From NCBI GenBank assembly GCA_024275415.1, contig JAJRZD010000020.1, positions 57,821 through 89,820 on the forward strand: a stretch of DNA of 32,000 nt. The letters run 5' to 3'. The stretch comes from an archaeon (GTDB lineage Archaea; Asgardarchaeota; Thorarchaeia; Thorarchaeales; Thorarchaeaceae). The notes under the pieces were generated by a model. That model saw only the letters and a program-made list of their open reading frames with translations, made no database searches and had not been told where the DNA came from. The position numbers and the translations under genes were made by a program. Position 1 is the first letter of the stretch. The number at the start of each line of letters is the position of its first letter. Shown here in pieces: positions 11,065-20,114 of this stretch.

Positions 11065-13380
11065 TTGAGTGAGGATGCTTTGAAGGGCGAGATGAAGGCA
11101 ATAGACTGGCCATTGATAAGAGAAGGGGCTATTGGTTTCAGGGAGTATCAGGTCAACCTCGCTAAGACCGCAGCAGAACGAAGCTCTCTCATTGTCCTTA
11201 GCACAGGACTTGGAAAAACGGTGATTGCCGCATTGGTGGCTGCGGCAAGACTCGACAGGCATCCGGATTCAAAGGTCGTGTTCCTTGCACCATCTCGACC
11301 GTTAGCAGATCAACAAGCAAGAGCCCTTAGACGCATTTTGGCAGTTGATGACACGCGAATCGTCTGTCTCACAGGCCATGACGGACCTGAAAACCGTAAG
11401 ACCGCATGGCACACATCCAAGGTCATTGCGATGACACCTCAGTCACTTCAGAACGACCTTGTCCAACGAAGCTATGATTTGACCGAAGTATCTTTGATAG
11501 TCTATGATGAAGCACATCGAGGAGTAGGTGACTATGCATACACATTCATTGCTGAGATTTACGAGAAGCAAGCATCCAACCCTCTTTCTCTAGGTCTTAC
11601 TGCATCACCGGGCCATAAGACCGAACATATCAGGACAGTGTGTGCGAATCTCAGGCTGGAACAAGTGGAAATCAGGACTGAAAAAGACCCTGATGTGCGA
11701 AAGTACATTGTCGCTATCAGTAGTGACATACGATACATCAACCTGACCTCTGAGATAGAGGTTCTACGAGACATGCTCTATTCACTTCTTGACACTTATA
11801 CTAGACCTGTGATTGACCATGGGTACTCGTTACCAAGTGGCAGACGACTGAGTAAAAAGGAAATCCTTGCGACACAGATCAAAGTACGAAAGGAGATTGG
11901 GTCACATACCAAACCGCCTCCGAAGTTGTTCTACCTCATCAAGAATTTGACTGCAGCTCTGAGGATTGTACACCTAATCGAATTCATTGGCACTCAGGGA
12001 TTGGCGCCAACGCACAGATACATCGAGGGCATGTATGAGGAAATCAGGAACAAAAGGAGCTCGAAGGGGGTTCAGGACCTCGTATCGCGCCCCGAATTCA
12101 CCCAATTCGAGAACCTACTACAGGCTCTTGTAACGAAAGGATATCGGCATCCAAAGCTCGATGCGTTGCTTGAACTTGTGAGGGAACAGTTATCGATGGA
12201 TCTAGATTCGCGGATTCTGATATTCACTAGGTTCAGAGATACAGCTGCTGAGGTTTCTGAAACGCTAAATCAACTGGATGAGGTAAGGATAAGTCGTTTC
12301 GTTGGACAAAGCACGAAAGGAGCCGACAAAGGATTCAGCCAGAAGAAACAGATCGAGGTGCTTGACGGATTCAGGAACAATGAGTTTAATGTCCTTGTGG
12401 CAACACAGGTCGGTGAGGAGGGGCTTGATATTCCAGAATGTAATCTTGTCGTGTTCTACGATTGTGTGCCATCAGTTGTGCCATATATCCAAAGGAGAGG
12501 AAGGACAGGAAGACATGCACCTGGCAGAGTCGTCATTTTTGTTGCAAAAGGAACCCACGATGAATTTTACCATTGGAGTGTGATTAGAAAATTGAAGAAG
12601 ATGCCATCAGCACTGAAAGATGCTGAGAGCAAAGAAATCCAGTCCAGCCTTGACCAGTTCGAGTCCGAAAAAAAGGAATCAACACCCAAAGGAGAACCTC
12701 TCACGCCTAGATATTCGGATGACAAAGTCAAACTGATAGTCGATTCACGCGAGCTCCCAACGGCAGTGGCCCGCGAACTAACAAGACTGGATGTTGTCAT
12801 TTCGGGCGAGAGCCTCGATATTGGAGATTATGTTGCCTCTGAAGATGTCGCTATCGAACGAAAGGAATCCAATGATTTCATACAATCTTTGATCGATGGT
12901 AGGCTCTTCACCCAGCTCAGTGCGCTGCGCTCTGCATACAGACGCCCTGTTCTGATAATCGAAGGGGAACAGATAATCGGACTCAGGGCGGTCAATCCCG
13001 CATCAATCTATGGAGCACTTGCATCAATCGCCATCAGGATACAAGTGCCAATCATTTGGACTCGCAATGCTGAAGAAACTGCTAATGTCATTTATCGTAT
13101 CGCTCGTATGGAACAAATCGATGCTAAGAGACCCTTGCGTACACGTGCTGGCGATAGGAAAGGTTCTGATGCAGAAGTACTGGAGTATATCCTATCGGGC
13201 TTTCCTGGTGTCGATACTGTTACGTCAAGAAGTATCCTTGCAGAGTTCGGTACATTGGAGCGGGTCTTCAATGCCAGCAAGAAGGATCTGCAAAAAGTAA
13301 AGGGTGTCGGACCTAAGATTGCGGGTCGGATAAAGAGGCTCCTGAAAACTATTCATCCAGAGTATCAGAAAGAAACCTAG
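11065..13380 (+). CDS. hef: Hef helicase-nuclease (FANCM-like SF2 helicase + ERCC4/XPF nuclease + HhH2)
   Basis: TGLGKT, DEAH, TASPG and QRRGRTGR helicase motifs, the ERK..DF..S..DGRL nuclease motif, and GVGPKIA HhH. Confidence 0.95.
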   Translation: MSEDALKGEMKAIDWPLIREGAIGFREYQVNLAKTAAERSSLIVLSTGLGKTVIAALVAAARLDRHPDSKVVFLAPSRPLADQQARALRRILAVDDTRIVCLTGHDGPENRKTAWHTSKVIAMTPQSLQNDLVQRSYDLTEVSLIVYDEAHRGVGDYAYTFIAEIYEKQASNPLSLGLTASPGHKTEHIRTVCANLRLEQVEIRTEKDPDVRKYIVAISSDIRYINLTSEIEVLRDMLYSLLDTYTRPVIDHGYSLPSGRRLSKKEILATQIKVRKEIGSHTKPPPKLFYLIKNLTAALRIVHLIEFIGTQGLAPTHRYIEGMYEEIRNKRSSKGVQDLVSRPEFTQFENLLQALVTKGYRHPKLDALLELVREQLSMDLDSRILIFTRFRDTAAEVSETLNQLDEVRISRFVGQSTKGADKGFSQKKQIEVLDGFRNNEFNVLVATQVGEEGLDIPECNLVVFYDCVPSVVPYIQRRGRTGRHAPGRVVIFVAKGTHDEFYHWSVIRKLKKMPSALKDAESKEIQSSLDQFESEKKESTPKGEPLTPRYSDDKVKLIVDSRELPTAVARELTRLDVVISGESLDIGDYVASEDVAIERKESNDFIQSLIDGRLFTQLSALRSAYRRPVLIIEGEQIIGLRAVNPASIYGALASIAIRIQVPIIWTRNAEETANVIYRIARMEQIDAKRPLRTRAGDRKGSDAEVLEYILSGFPGVDTVTSRSILAEFGTLERVFNASKKDLQKVKGVGPKIAGRIKRLLKTIHPEYQKET

Positions 13381-14099
13381 TAGACTTCGGGGTTCTTGCC
13401 CTTACCTCGACGATATGCTTCGCGAAGGGCATCTGTGAGCCTTCGACTGACTTCCCAGTACTTCTCATAATCTGCGTCATTCAAGCGCACCACACTGAGA
13501 ATTCGTCGAAAAATCATATACAGCTTGGGGTCGAGCTCGCACGCTTCCTCAAGGGTTTCCTTGGCACGCTCGAGTCCTCGCATATAGATCTCATCACGAG
13601 TAGCAAAGTCCTTTGCTATTGCCTGTACATCTTCTTCATCCTTGAGATCCATCCCAAGTTGCCGCATTGTCCCGATGATGTTGAGGGTGCGATCCAAGTC
13701 GTAGGATTCCCGCTCGGGCAGCATCCCCATATCACCTGTCGCAATGAAGACATTCTCAGCAGTTGCCCTCCAGAGCTTTTGCATAATATGACTATCCCCA
13801 TTACCAGCCGGCTCGTATCCGACTTGTTCAATGAGATTGCATTTCTCAAGCTCTTTCAGGTGATACCTCACGGTTTGAGGTTTGAACTTCTTGCCACTCC
13901 CGTTCTGGGCGCTATTCAAAAATTCAACAAGCTCGGTGGTGGACATCTTCTTGGCACGCAGCGCGTGGAGAATTTGCCGACGGTTCTCATCGTTCAATGC
14001 TTTCACGGCGCCTATCGCTTCGGACCCGGTGAGAATCTTTAGGGTTTCCATCGGTTTATTCTCAGGCAATGTACCAAACCTCTCGTTCGTTCGTATCAT
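13377..14099 (-). CDS. ArsR-like wHTH transcriptional regulator with a C-terminal helical domain
   Basis: KALNDENRRQILHAL, MSTTEL, TVRYHLKELEKCNLI and KLWRA. The start may be ATG 14051. Confidence 0.8.
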   Translation of the reverse strand: MIRTNERFGTLPENKPMETLKILTGSEAIGAVKALNDENRRQILHALRAKKMSTTELVEFLNSAQNGSGKKFKPQTVRYHLKELEKCNLIEQVGYEPAGNGDSHIMQKLWRATAENVFIATGDMGMLPERESYDLDRTLNIIGTMRQLGMDLKDEEDVQAIAKDFATRDEIYMRGLERAKETLEEACELDPKLYMIFRRILSVVRLNDADYEKYWEVSRRLTDALREAYRRGKGKNPEVY

Positions 14100-14248
14100 A
14101 GTATCATACGATTTGTACCCCCCAATTAATAGACATTGAGGCGCACTTCATCACATCGCTCTCCTCGCTCAAATCTCACCTTGTGCACTAAAATGCATAG
14201 ATACTCAAGCACGATGCTTCTTATCCACCATAGTCCCATATCCAGACC

Positions 14249-14255
14249 AAAAAAA
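14249..14255 (-). terminator. Oligo-dT terminator
   Basis: T7 run immediately after the TAA of the 81-aa wHTH gene. Confidence 0.5.
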
Positions 14256-14501
14256 TTAGGCTGGAATGTAAATCCATTGTCGCATATCCTGCAGGCAAGG
14301 TACACGCTTAATCAATTTTTTCTTCAGGAGCTTACGCAAAGCATAACGTACAGTCCTTGGGGCAAAACCTACTTTGTCCAGCAGTTGTTTAGGCGTGACG
14401 CCATCCTGGCCGCTGCTCCTCAAGATATCAAGGACGATCATCTGACTCTTAGTGAGCCGCATGTTCTTGAGTTCTTCTTGGAGTTCTTTATCACTCATCA
14501 T
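14256..14501 (-). CDS. Small MarR-like winged-helix protein
   Basis: LTKSQMIVLDIL, VTPKQL, RTVRYALRKL..KKLIKR and the DxR wing motif (DMRQWIY). Confidence 0.8.
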   Translation of the reverse strand: MMSDKELQEELKNMRLTKSQMIVLDILRSSGQDGVTPKQLLDKVGFAPRTVRYALRKLLKKKLIKRVPCLQDMRQWIYIPA

Positions 14502-14529
14502 TTTAATTACCTACTTTATATTTGTCTAA

Positions 14530-14610
14530 TGGCAGGTATAGACTGCCACAAACCGCACTTTATTGGTGTCACAAAGATGCTTATTAATATATCGCAGTCT
14601 GGGACTGCGA
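14530..14610. promoter_or_regulatory. Two copies of the palindrome TSGCAG-N7-CTGCSA next to TATA-like elements
   Basis: TGGCAG-GTATAGA-CTGCCA (14530-14548) and TCGCAG-TCTGGGA-CTGCGA (14592-14610). AT boxes lie at about 14514-14522 and 14581-14591. Confidence 0.55.
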
Positions 14611-14852
14611 CATAGTAATAATATACTGCGGGAAGGCGTTGGGGAGATATTTCATGCCGCTATTTTGTTCAAGTAGCAATACATCAGAGAGCGATTCGCA
14701 GGACATTATCCCATTCTAGTACATGACATGAGGTAGGAAGATTTGTAATCAGATGGACGAGGTGAGTTCGCTATTGTTAACGGTGTGCAGAAAGAGTTGT
14801 AATTTCCGACAAACTCTATAACCAAGTATCACACAGCGAACACTGATGTACT

Positions 14853-16139
14853 ATGAGAAAGGCAGCACTGATGGCTGCAGGGAACTCGACTCGGATGCTC
14901 CCTCTGACAGCGAACAGACCAAAACACCTTCTCCCTATAGCAGGAACACCTCTGATATTCCATACATTGAAGGCGTTGCGGAATGCGGGAATAGAAGAGA
15001 CCCTGATCATCTATGGATACAAGGGAAACAAGCTCAAAGAGTCGATTGACGCCCATGATTGGGGCGATATGTCTATCACATACATTGAACAGACCAAAAG
15101 GAAAGGGACAGCTCATGCTGCAGCGTATGCCAAGGACTTCGCAGGGAGCGACGATATCATCCTTATGAATGGTGATGTCCTGACTTCACCTGACACGTTC
15201 ACCACACTTGTTGAGTTCCATGATAGTCATGCCTTTGGGCTTACCCTTTGCGTCATGCCAGTGGAAGACCCATCGTCCTACGGTATAGTAATCGCTGAGA
15301 ACGAGATGGCAAAAGACCTTATCGAGAAACCAAAACCGGATGAGCTGGTGAGCAATCTCTGCAACCTAGGCATCTACGCAGCAGGTCCTGACCTCTGGAA
15401 TGCCATTGACAAGACAGCCCTATCACCACGAGGAGAGTATGAAATCACAGACTCGATAATGATGCTTATCAGAGAAGGGAATGTTGGCGTGCATCAGATA
15501 CCTTCCTGGTGGTTTGACCTAGGAAGGCCTTGGGATCTCCTTGAGGCAAACAAAGTCGTCTTGGATGAGTCATTGAAACGCATCGAAGGAACCGTTGAGG
15601 ACGGTGCTACCATCAAGGGAGATGTCATTATCGAAGCAGGCGCGCTAGTCAAGAACGGTGCATACATCGAGGGGCCTGTATACATCGGTCCTGACTGCGT
15701 CATCGGTCCGAACTGCTACATCCGTGCGCACACTGCCCTTGGGAGAAAAGTGAAGATAGGCAATGCAGTCGAAATAAAGAACTCCATAATCATGGACAAC
15801 ACCAATGTTGGTCATCTTTCATATGTGGGCGATTCGATAATTGGGATGCGGTCTAATTTTGGTGCAGGAACAATTACAGCAAATCTGAGGCATGATAACG
15901 CCGATATCAAGGTGACTGTCAAGGGAGAACGAGTCAGTTCTGGAAGGAGGAAGCTTGGTGCTATCATAGGTGATGATGTGAAGACAGGGATTGGTACATC
16001 AATCTCGACAGGGGTGGTCATACATCAGGGCGCAAGGACAGGTGTCGGAGTGATTGTTGACAGGGACATTCCACCCAACACACTGGTCATCGCGAAACAA
16101 CCAAAGCATGAGCTCGAGATGAAACCCGTTGGTGAGTGA
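14853..16139 (+). CDS. glmU: Bifunctional sugar-1-phosphate nucleotidylyltransferase/acetyltransferase (archaeal GlmU-like)
   Basis: LMAAGNSTRMLPLT..RPKHLLP, GTAHA and LIEKP, followed by a hexapeptide left-handed beta-helix (GHLSYVGDSIIG). Confidence 0.92.
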   Translation: MRKAALMAAGNSTRMLPLTANRPKHLLPIAGTPLIFHTLKALRNAGIEETLIIYGYKGNKLKESIDAHDWGDMSITYIEQTKRKGTAHAAAYAKDFAGSDDIILMNGDVLTSPDTFTTLVEFHDSHAFGLTLCVMPVEDPSSYGIVIAENEMAKDLIEKPKPDELVSNLCNLGIYAAGPDLWNAIDKTALSPRGEYEITDSIMMLIREGNVGVHQIPSWWFDLGRPWDLLEANKVVLDESLKRIEGTVEDGATIKGDVIIEAGALVKNGAYIEGPVYIGPDCVIGPNCYIRAHTALGRKVKIGNAVEIKNSIIMDNTNVGHLSYVGDSIIGMRSNFGAGTITANLRHDNADIKVTVKGERVSSGRRKLGAIIGDDVKTGIGTSISTGVVIHQGARTGVGVIVDRDIPPNTLVIAKQPKHELEMKPVGE

Positions 16140-17669
16140 TTGGTATTGCCATATGAGGCATTCACAGAACAGAACGTGGTCGTAAAAGATGCTTCGAAGG
16201 TGGAGGTTCTTTTCGGGTTTTGTTACCCATCAACATATCGAGCTGGCATGAGCGGGTTGGCTATCCACCTATTCTATGCGATCCTGAATGCAAGAAGCGA
16301 CACTTCCTGTGAGCGGTACTTTAGGTATGATACACGATCCCCAGTCAACTCTGTCGAAACAGGAAGACCGCTTCGTGACAATCATGTGGTGGGATTCTCA
16401 CTCACATATGAAGAGGATATCCTGGGACTTGTCCAGATGCTTGAGATGGGGGGTGTCGAGATACTCGCTAATGAAAGAACCGACGAAGATCCAATCGTGG
16501 TGGTAGGCGGGCCAGTAGTGAGTGCGAACCCAGAGCCGTATGTAGATTTTGTCGATGCATTTGTCATTGGTGAAGGAGACCTTGCCATCCACAATATCAT
16601 CGATGCAGTCAGTCATTCTAACATGAGAGGCGAGGTGTTAGAGGAGATATCAACTGTCGCAGGGATATATGTTCCAGCGTATTCGACAGGCACGATATCT
16701 CGACTCATTATGCCCAACTTGGACGAGGTATTCCATCCTACAACGCAAGTACTTGCCAACACAGAAACCCGTTCCCATCTGGAGCAGGTCTTTGGAAGGG
16801 TGCTTCTTGTGGAGGTGAGCCGAGGTTGTGGACATTCCTGCAAGTTCTGCTTGGTAGGGCATATCTGTAGGCCTCGACGTGTCAGGTCAGAGGCGAAACT
16901 GAGGCAGATTATCGAGGAAGGGGTCAAACTCACAGGAGTCAATAAGATAGCGCTGATTGCATCGTCACTTGGGGATCATGACAACTTGGAGGACATTGTT
17001 GGATGGATAGTTGACAATGGATGGGGTCTTTCTACACCATCTTTGAGGGCTGACAAGGTCACACAGAACATTCTTCATCTGTTGAAGAAAGGGGGGCAAC
17101 GAACCCTAACCATAGCACCTGAAACCGGATCCGAACGTTTGAGAAAAGCAGTTGGAAAGGGACTCAACGAGCAAGCGATCTATGATGCTGTACAATTCGC
17201 AAAGAAAGCCGGTTTGCAATCGGTAAAGGCGTACTTCATCATAGGACTGCCAGACGAAACGGATGCTGATGTAGTTGCTATCGCGAGAATGACCAAGAGA
17301 TTGGCAAAAGAATCGGGATTGCGAATTACTACCAACGTGAATCCCTATATCCCAAAGGCGCAAACCCGGTGGGAGCGTGAGCCACAGCCGCCTTTGCCTA
17401 TCCTTCGTAAGAAAATCAAGGTACTCGTGAAAAGTATGCGCAACATACCAAATGCATCACTGGAAGTCCTTGATCCCAGAAGAGCAAGGATCCAAGCAGC
17501 CTTATCACTTGGGGATCAGTCAATAGGGCAGGTGATTAGACTTGCTGCCAGTTATGGAGGGCTTGGGGGATGGCGAAGGGCTGAAAAAGAAACAGGTATC
17601 TCATTCTTTCGGTTAGCAAATGATAAAGAACGGCTAAGGGGAACACTACCTTGGCATTTCATTTCTTAG
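16140..17669 (+). CDS. Radical SAM protein with an N-terminal B12-binding-like domain
   Basis: CxxxCxxC (GCGHSCKFC), GFSLTYE, VVGGP..SANPEP, DAFVIGEG, TIAPETGSERLR, YFIIGLP and YIPKAQT. Abuts the glmU stop. Confidence 0.88.
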   Translation: MVLPYEAFTEQNVVVKDASKVEVLFGFCYPSTYRAGMSGLAIHLFYAILNARSDTSCERYFRYDTRSPVNSVETGRPLRDNHVVGFSLTYEEDILGLVQMLEMGGVEILANERTDEDPIVVVGGPVVSANPEPYVDFVDAFVIGEGDLAIHNIIDAVSHSNMRGEVLEEISTVAGIYVPAYSTGTISRLIMPNLDEVFHPTTQVLANTETRSHLEQVFGRVLLVEVSRGCGHSCKFCLVGHICRPRRVRSEAKLRQIIEEGVKLTGVNKIALIASSLGDHDNLEDIVGWIVDNGWGLSTPSLRADKVTQNILHLLKKGGQRTLTIAPETGSERLRKAVGKGLNEQAIYDAVQFAKKAGLQSVKAYFIIGLPDETDADVVAIARMTKRLAKESGLRITTNVNPYIPKAQTRWEREPQPPLPILRKKIKVLVKSMRNIPNASLEVLDPRRARIQAALSLGDQSIGQVIRLAASYGGLGGWRRAEKETGISFFRLANDKERLRGTLPWHFIS

Positions 17670-17839
17670 TCGAAAGGCGTTTTGAGAGAAGACAGTGGAG
17701 TTAGAAATCTATTCCGAGCCAAAATCATGTGTCGTAGGGGCGGTACGTATGACAGCAAATCGGTTATAAGAGGAATTTGGAGAGTATTATCCAGAAGGAT
17801 GATAGCTAGGGATTGGAGCCAGCAATCCGGTGAAACTCT

Positions 17840-18181
17840 ATGAGTGATGACGATGATTTTCGTAAGGCTTTCCCAGCTCTCAGTAGGGAGTTGGAGGATG
17901 GAGTCACTCTGGAGTATCCAATAGATGGGGTTCGTATAATGTCAGAAGGCCACGGAAATCAGGGTGATGATGGAGGAACATTCCTGCCTAATGCCATCGA
18001 TTACATTCGACGATGTGATACTGTTCCACAGGCCATTGAGATCATTGACTACTTGGTTGGCAGGGGAGAGCTTAGTACAGGACAAGCTCGAAATCTGAAA
18101 AAACAACTGAAATCAGAGGGACTTCGTAGCTTCGGAGCAAAAAAGGAAAAGGACTACTATTTGAAGTATGGACTGGAATAG
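17840..18181 (+). CDS. DUF2095-family conserved archaeal protein
   Basis: FRKAFPALSREL, IDYIRRCDT..QAIEIIDYL..RGEL and GLRSFG.KKE..YY. Confidence 0.8.
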   Translation: MSDDDDFRKAFPALSRELEDGVTLEYPIDGVRIMSEGHGNQGDDGGTFLPNAIDYIRRCDTVPQAIEIIDYLVGRGELSTGQARNLKKQLKSEGLRSFGAKKEKDYYLKYGLE

Positions 18182-18394
18182 TCATTCATGAGTCAAGTAC
18201 ACCACTAGGACAGTGAACACACTGTTCCTGATTTTGGGGGAGATTATATTGTCGAAGGAGATACTATTTATGAGAGTGAACGATATCGACAGTAAATCCG
18301 TTCAATGGCTATATAATCATTTTTTATAGCGTAGTATTTATATGGAATAAGGACTTGGAATAAGTAACCATTATTCAATAGTGGGGAGTTAAAA

Positions 18395-19264
18395 ATGACA
18401 AAACAAAAACTCAATTCAACACTCACTTCGAAGCAGAGGAAGTTTATCCGTGAACTAATAGCTCCTGATCTGGCAAAACAGAACCTCGCGAGCTGGCAAG
18501 AGGCATGCAGAAATTTTGGGCCTTTCGACTATAATAAGACCACAAGGAAGATATGGTTCGAGAAAAATAAACACCGAATTCCTACAGGAAAGAAAATCCT
18601 GCAGTTCTACAATAAATGGGCAAAGAACTTGCGAAAGGAAGAAATCCTTCGGTCTGCTTCAATGTCTGCAATACGGAAAGACCTGATTGATGCTATCAGG
18701 GAAGAACAAAAGAAACAAGGAATCGACACTAACAAACTGAACGATTTTAAAATCGCCACGTTCAGTACTCTTTTGTCGTGGTCAGAGGATTCAGCGAAAC
18801 TGGAACAAGGGCCATACGAAGGAAGCAGCATGCTTCCCTCTGAGAAACGCAAAACAGGTACATCGAAACGTGGTCGGAAGGCAGCTAAAGGCAGATTTGG
18901 CCCTCCAGAAGTAGAGCTTGTAAAGGGATACGAGGTCAAAGGGAATTCACTTAAACTCGAGATAGGAATTTCGAACAATAACCTACACCCATTCCAGAAC
19001 GTGGATCTGGAACTGAATATTGATTCGAACCTCGAAGTGAAATCTGTTCGCGACTGTACGTGGATTCCATCTGAAAATAAAATCAGGATTGGGTTCCTTC
19101 CGGCCTCACTTGAAGTGTACCCGGAGGAAACAACCATCACCATCAATCTGGGAATGAAAAGTACAGCAAAGACATTCACCGTCGAGGGGGTAGTTCACTT
19201 CGATAATACCGAGAAAGGTCGCAGAGAGTCCTTAGACCTTAAGGCAATGAAAATCAAAATCTAA
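18395..19264 (+). CDS. Hypothetical protein (helical N-domain, basic linker, beta-sandwich-like C-domain)
   Basis: 289-aa ORF with GGGAG upstream and an AT-rich promoter-like region before it. I recognise no family. Confidence 0.75.
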   Translation: MTKQKLNSTLTSKQRKFIRELIAPDLAKQNLASWQEACRNFGPFDYNKTTRKIWFEKNKHRIPTGKKILQFYNKWAKNLRKEEILRSASMSAIRKDLIDAIREEQKKQGIDTNKLNDFKIATFSTLLSWSEDSAKLEQGPYEGSSMLPSEKRKTGTSKRGRKAAKGRFGPPEVELVKGYEVKGNSLKLEIGISNNNLHPFQNVDLELNIDSNLEVKSVRDCTWIPSENKIRIGFLPASLEVYPEETTITINLGMKSTAKTFTVEGVVHFDNTEKGRRESLDLKAMKIKI

Positions 19265-19992
19265 CATCCAAGTGTGGACTGACTTCGGACGTAAAGATCA
19301 GCGAACAGTTGCTTCAGATAGGAAGGGCTTGTCCATTCTATCAATTCACCGTAAGGATCTGATGCGCGTAGTGCATAACCCGCCATTATCCTCAGGAGAT
19401 CACCCTTGAATCCAGCTGCACCATGAACCTTGTGTCCATTCGCGGAGAATGTTTGAACTATCCTGTTATCTGCGGGAAACCAGACATGGTTTGTGGGACT
19501 GTCACGCATGACGAATTGGATTACTGTCGTGGATTCCTTTTCGATCCAGTCAGTACCAAGTGAAAGAAAATAGTCTTTGCCCAACGCAAGATACATGAGA
19601 TCATACTGTTCAAGACAGTGTTCTTCGAAATCGTGGGGAATGCCCAGATTCTCCGCTCGCTCTTGTAGTTCACGTTTTTTCATTCCTGAGAATGCGCAGT
19701 CATAAGGGGGAACAAGGTCATTCTCTCTCAAGAAGCCAAAACCCGCTGAGATGATATAAAAGTCAATTATGGCATCATCGATTGTTCGTAGCAGGTCGAG
19801 TCCCTTAACGAGCTCACGATTCTGATTCCCAGTGTACATGACACGAGCAGGATGACAAAGATCTTTGAATTCCTCTTGCCATCGTCGAATGTCACCTTTC
19901 GTCTGAATCTCATTGCACGTTGGACTACGAGGATGCGATGATAACTTCTTCTTCCCGCAACTTCCAACGATACAAATCCTCAAACTACTCAC
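19261..19992 (-). CDS. DUF6884/YaaA-like protein, partner of the DpdA-like transglycosylase
   Basis: ICIVGSCGKKK, PARVMYTG, YIISAGFGFL..VPPYD..F and YDLMYLALGKDY match my recollection of DUF6884-type domains at DpdA loci. Confidence 0.7.
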   Translation of the reverse strand: MSSLRICIVGSCGKKKLSSHPRSPTCNEIQTKGDIRRWQEEFKDLCHPARVMYTGNQNRELVKGLDLLRTIDDAIIDFYIISAGFGFLRENDLVPPYDCAFSGMKKRELQERAENLGIPHDFEEHCLEQYDLMYLALGKDYFLSLGTDWIEKESTTVIQFVMRDSPTNHVWFPADNRIVQTFSANGHKVHGAAGFKGDLLRIMAGYALRASDPYGELIEWTSPSYLKQLFADLYVRSQSTLGC

Positions 19993-20017
19993 CTGTTAGG
20001 AGTTTCTTGGGGGATGC

Positions 20018-20025
20018 TTTGATAA
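20018..20025. promoter_or_regulatory. Candidate bidirectional TATA-like element
   Basis: TTTGATAA (+) / TTATCAAA (-) lies 26 nt from GTG 19992 and 29 nt from ATG 20054. Confidence 0.35.
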
Positions 20026-20114
20026 GGTCTTTTGTTGTACTCGATAGATAGAGATGTTGGACGGAGATTTTCCTGAAACGAAGACGTATTAATCCAGATA
20101 GTGTCGCCTACTTT

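Noticed and set aside
16140-17669. Radical SAM gene as RaSEA, the ArcS partner, completing the cassette
   Set aside because: It has a B12-binding-type N-domain and about 500 aa, unlike RaSEA. It is coupled to glmU and separated from the cassette.
18343-18364. TGGAATAAG direct repeat (2 copies, period 13)
   Set aside because: Only two short copies in AT-rich DNA. It is not a CRISPR array and has no supportable function.
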